Shown: piece by piece, positions 62,369 through 64,000 of the stretch
Numbering within the stretch: the stretch's first letter is position 1
Layout of the letters: each line of letters begins with the position of its first letter
Assembly (NCBI GenBank): GCA_026025075.1
Contig: JAPEUI010000013.1
Span: forward strand, 62,001-126,000
Reading direction: 5' to 3'
Source of the DNA: Vezdaea acicularis
Taxonomy: Eukaryota
Length of the DNA: 64,000 bases
Translations under genes and position numbers: made by a program
Notes under the pieces: model-generated
What the model was told of the DNA's origin: nothing
What the model saw: the letters and a program-made list of their open reading frames with translations, nothing else
Database searches by the model: none

Positions 62369-64000
62369 AAATATACACCCCTTCTCCCCGCGCAAACCAC
62401 ACGGAGCCGGCTCGCGGGCCTCCCGTCGCTTACTCTTGCCGCCAACGCCGCATTTCTTTTTCGGCTCCCTTTTTTCCCCTCCTTCGCCGCAGCTGCATAG
62501 TGGTCAGCTGTGCTCCCCCTCCGGGAATGCTCTCTATACGTCACCTGTCCTCCTGCTCCTTCCTCCGTCTACCCTTTGGGGTCTTTGATCGCACTTTCTT
62601 GCACTGCCTCGCTTTCCTCTTCTGGGGGGAATGCATCATACCTTCCCAACTCCAGCGAGGGCAAGGGCGAAGGCGCGACAGGGGGGATGGGGATTTTTAG
62701 GAAGGTGGGGGCGGGGATTCGTTCCTTCCTCCATCCCTCCCTGCCTTTCCTTTATCTATCCATCTGTCGCACTTGGTTTGGGGGCGGGAACACAAAAAGT
62801 ACACGGCGTCTGTCGGAGTTTTCGCATCTTTCATCTATCCGGCTCTTCCTCTCCCCACGTCTCGGACTCTTTCCCACGCTCCAGACCTGGGCTATCAACC
62901 CTCCTCGCTCCGCCTTCCCTCCAATTGAATCAGGAGTTATTCGTTGACGGAGTTTACACAAACCAGCAGCGGGATCAAAAGCGGGGCCATGGAAAGTATG
63001 TGAAAAAATACAAGGGCTTTCAACCAGTACCGCAGATGTACAGAAGCTCAGCGGCCTCTCTCTCTCCCTCCATTCATCCACCTCTCCATCTCTCCATCCT
63101 TTTTTCTTACCTTTTTTCTGTTCGCTGCACATACTTTACATACTTCACGACAGACTCACCGCGCCGGCCGGGATGGAAAAAAAGTGGAAAGGAGGGGAAA
63201 ACAAAAAGTTCATCAGGGGTTTTCACGGACGGGACGGGAAGGGTCTTGATGGGGTTTTTTGTTTTTGTTTTTGTTTGGTTGGTGAGGAAAGAAGGGATGG
63301 GGTGGGGGAGGGCGAGAGAGGGGAGAGGAAGGGAAGATATAGCGCTACCATAGAATTGGAGACACCATTTTCAAAAATCAAGATATCAAAATCTTTTCAA
63401 TCCTTCCGTTCTCTTTCAAGCTTCTGCTCCATCACGAGCCGCGTATGAAAGGCCAGATGACGATGACAAGTATCATTCATTCTTCTAACGGAGACAAAGC
63501 TACCTAACGACCCGCCCACGTTCCAGACTAGCTAACCTCTACCATTTTAGGGAGTCGCAAGTCGTCACTCCATAGACGTCCCGCCCACCGAATAAAGTAG
63601 CAAGAAGCAGAATAAGAAGAGGCTGAGCAAAGCAAGGCAAACAAAACCCACAATCGCCCACAAGATTCCCCCGGAGTTTTGATCTAGTCTAAAACAAGAG
63701 AGAACGAACAGACAGGGGGGGGGGGGGGGGTATAACACCTTTTATGAGGGGGAAAGGGGGAAGGGGGACGCGAAACAGATCCGACTTGTGAAATGCCTGG
63801 ACGAAGGACGGACAAACAAGAACCCACCGTGAACACCCTGAAAGAAAGGGGGGGAAATGCCAACGTGTGTGAAAATGCCCAGTAACCATGCATGATCCAC
63901 GACCGCATAAAACAAGAGAGGGGTTGAGAGAAAAAAAAAGAGAAAAAGAGATGCAAGTGCGAATGCCCCGTTAAGACAAGAAATCCACCTTCCTCCCCAG

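Overview
Nuclear DNA of a filamentous ascomycete (Pezizomycotina-type genes; short GT-AG introns with CTRAC-like branch points; taxon not determinable from sequence alone). A conserved backbone (mitochondrial SAM carrier, DUF3824-like protein, CCH1 Ca2+ channel, KIN1 kinase, GPATCH1/DUF1604-like protein, divergent RLI1/CHD1 pair, branched-chain keto-acid dehydrogenase E2, VPS26, gluconokinase) is interrupted by two accessory islands. Island 1 (1-8 kb) holds two copies of a ~260-bp TIR element (one carrying a nested Tc1/mariner-type MITE with a TA duplication), a coiled-coil/Mug135_C-like gene and an intronless SdsA1/BDS1-type alkyl sulfatase. Island 2 (25-34 kb) holds a SesB-lipase/NACHT/ankyrin NLR with highly conserved repeats and dead repeats behind its stop, a third TIR element copy, and an acidic orphan repeat gene. 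The most novel candidates, all read by eye and unverified, are: (i) a second 3' splice site in the last RLI1/ABCE1 intron opening an 83-aa basic+acidic alternative C-terminus; (ii) an apparent intronization event in the orphan gene; (iii) a TIR-bounded core flipped relative to a conserved flank; (iv) a GC-rich multi-stem structure in the last VPS26 intron. Exon coordinates are manual predictions. No tRNA, rRNA or CRISPR found.
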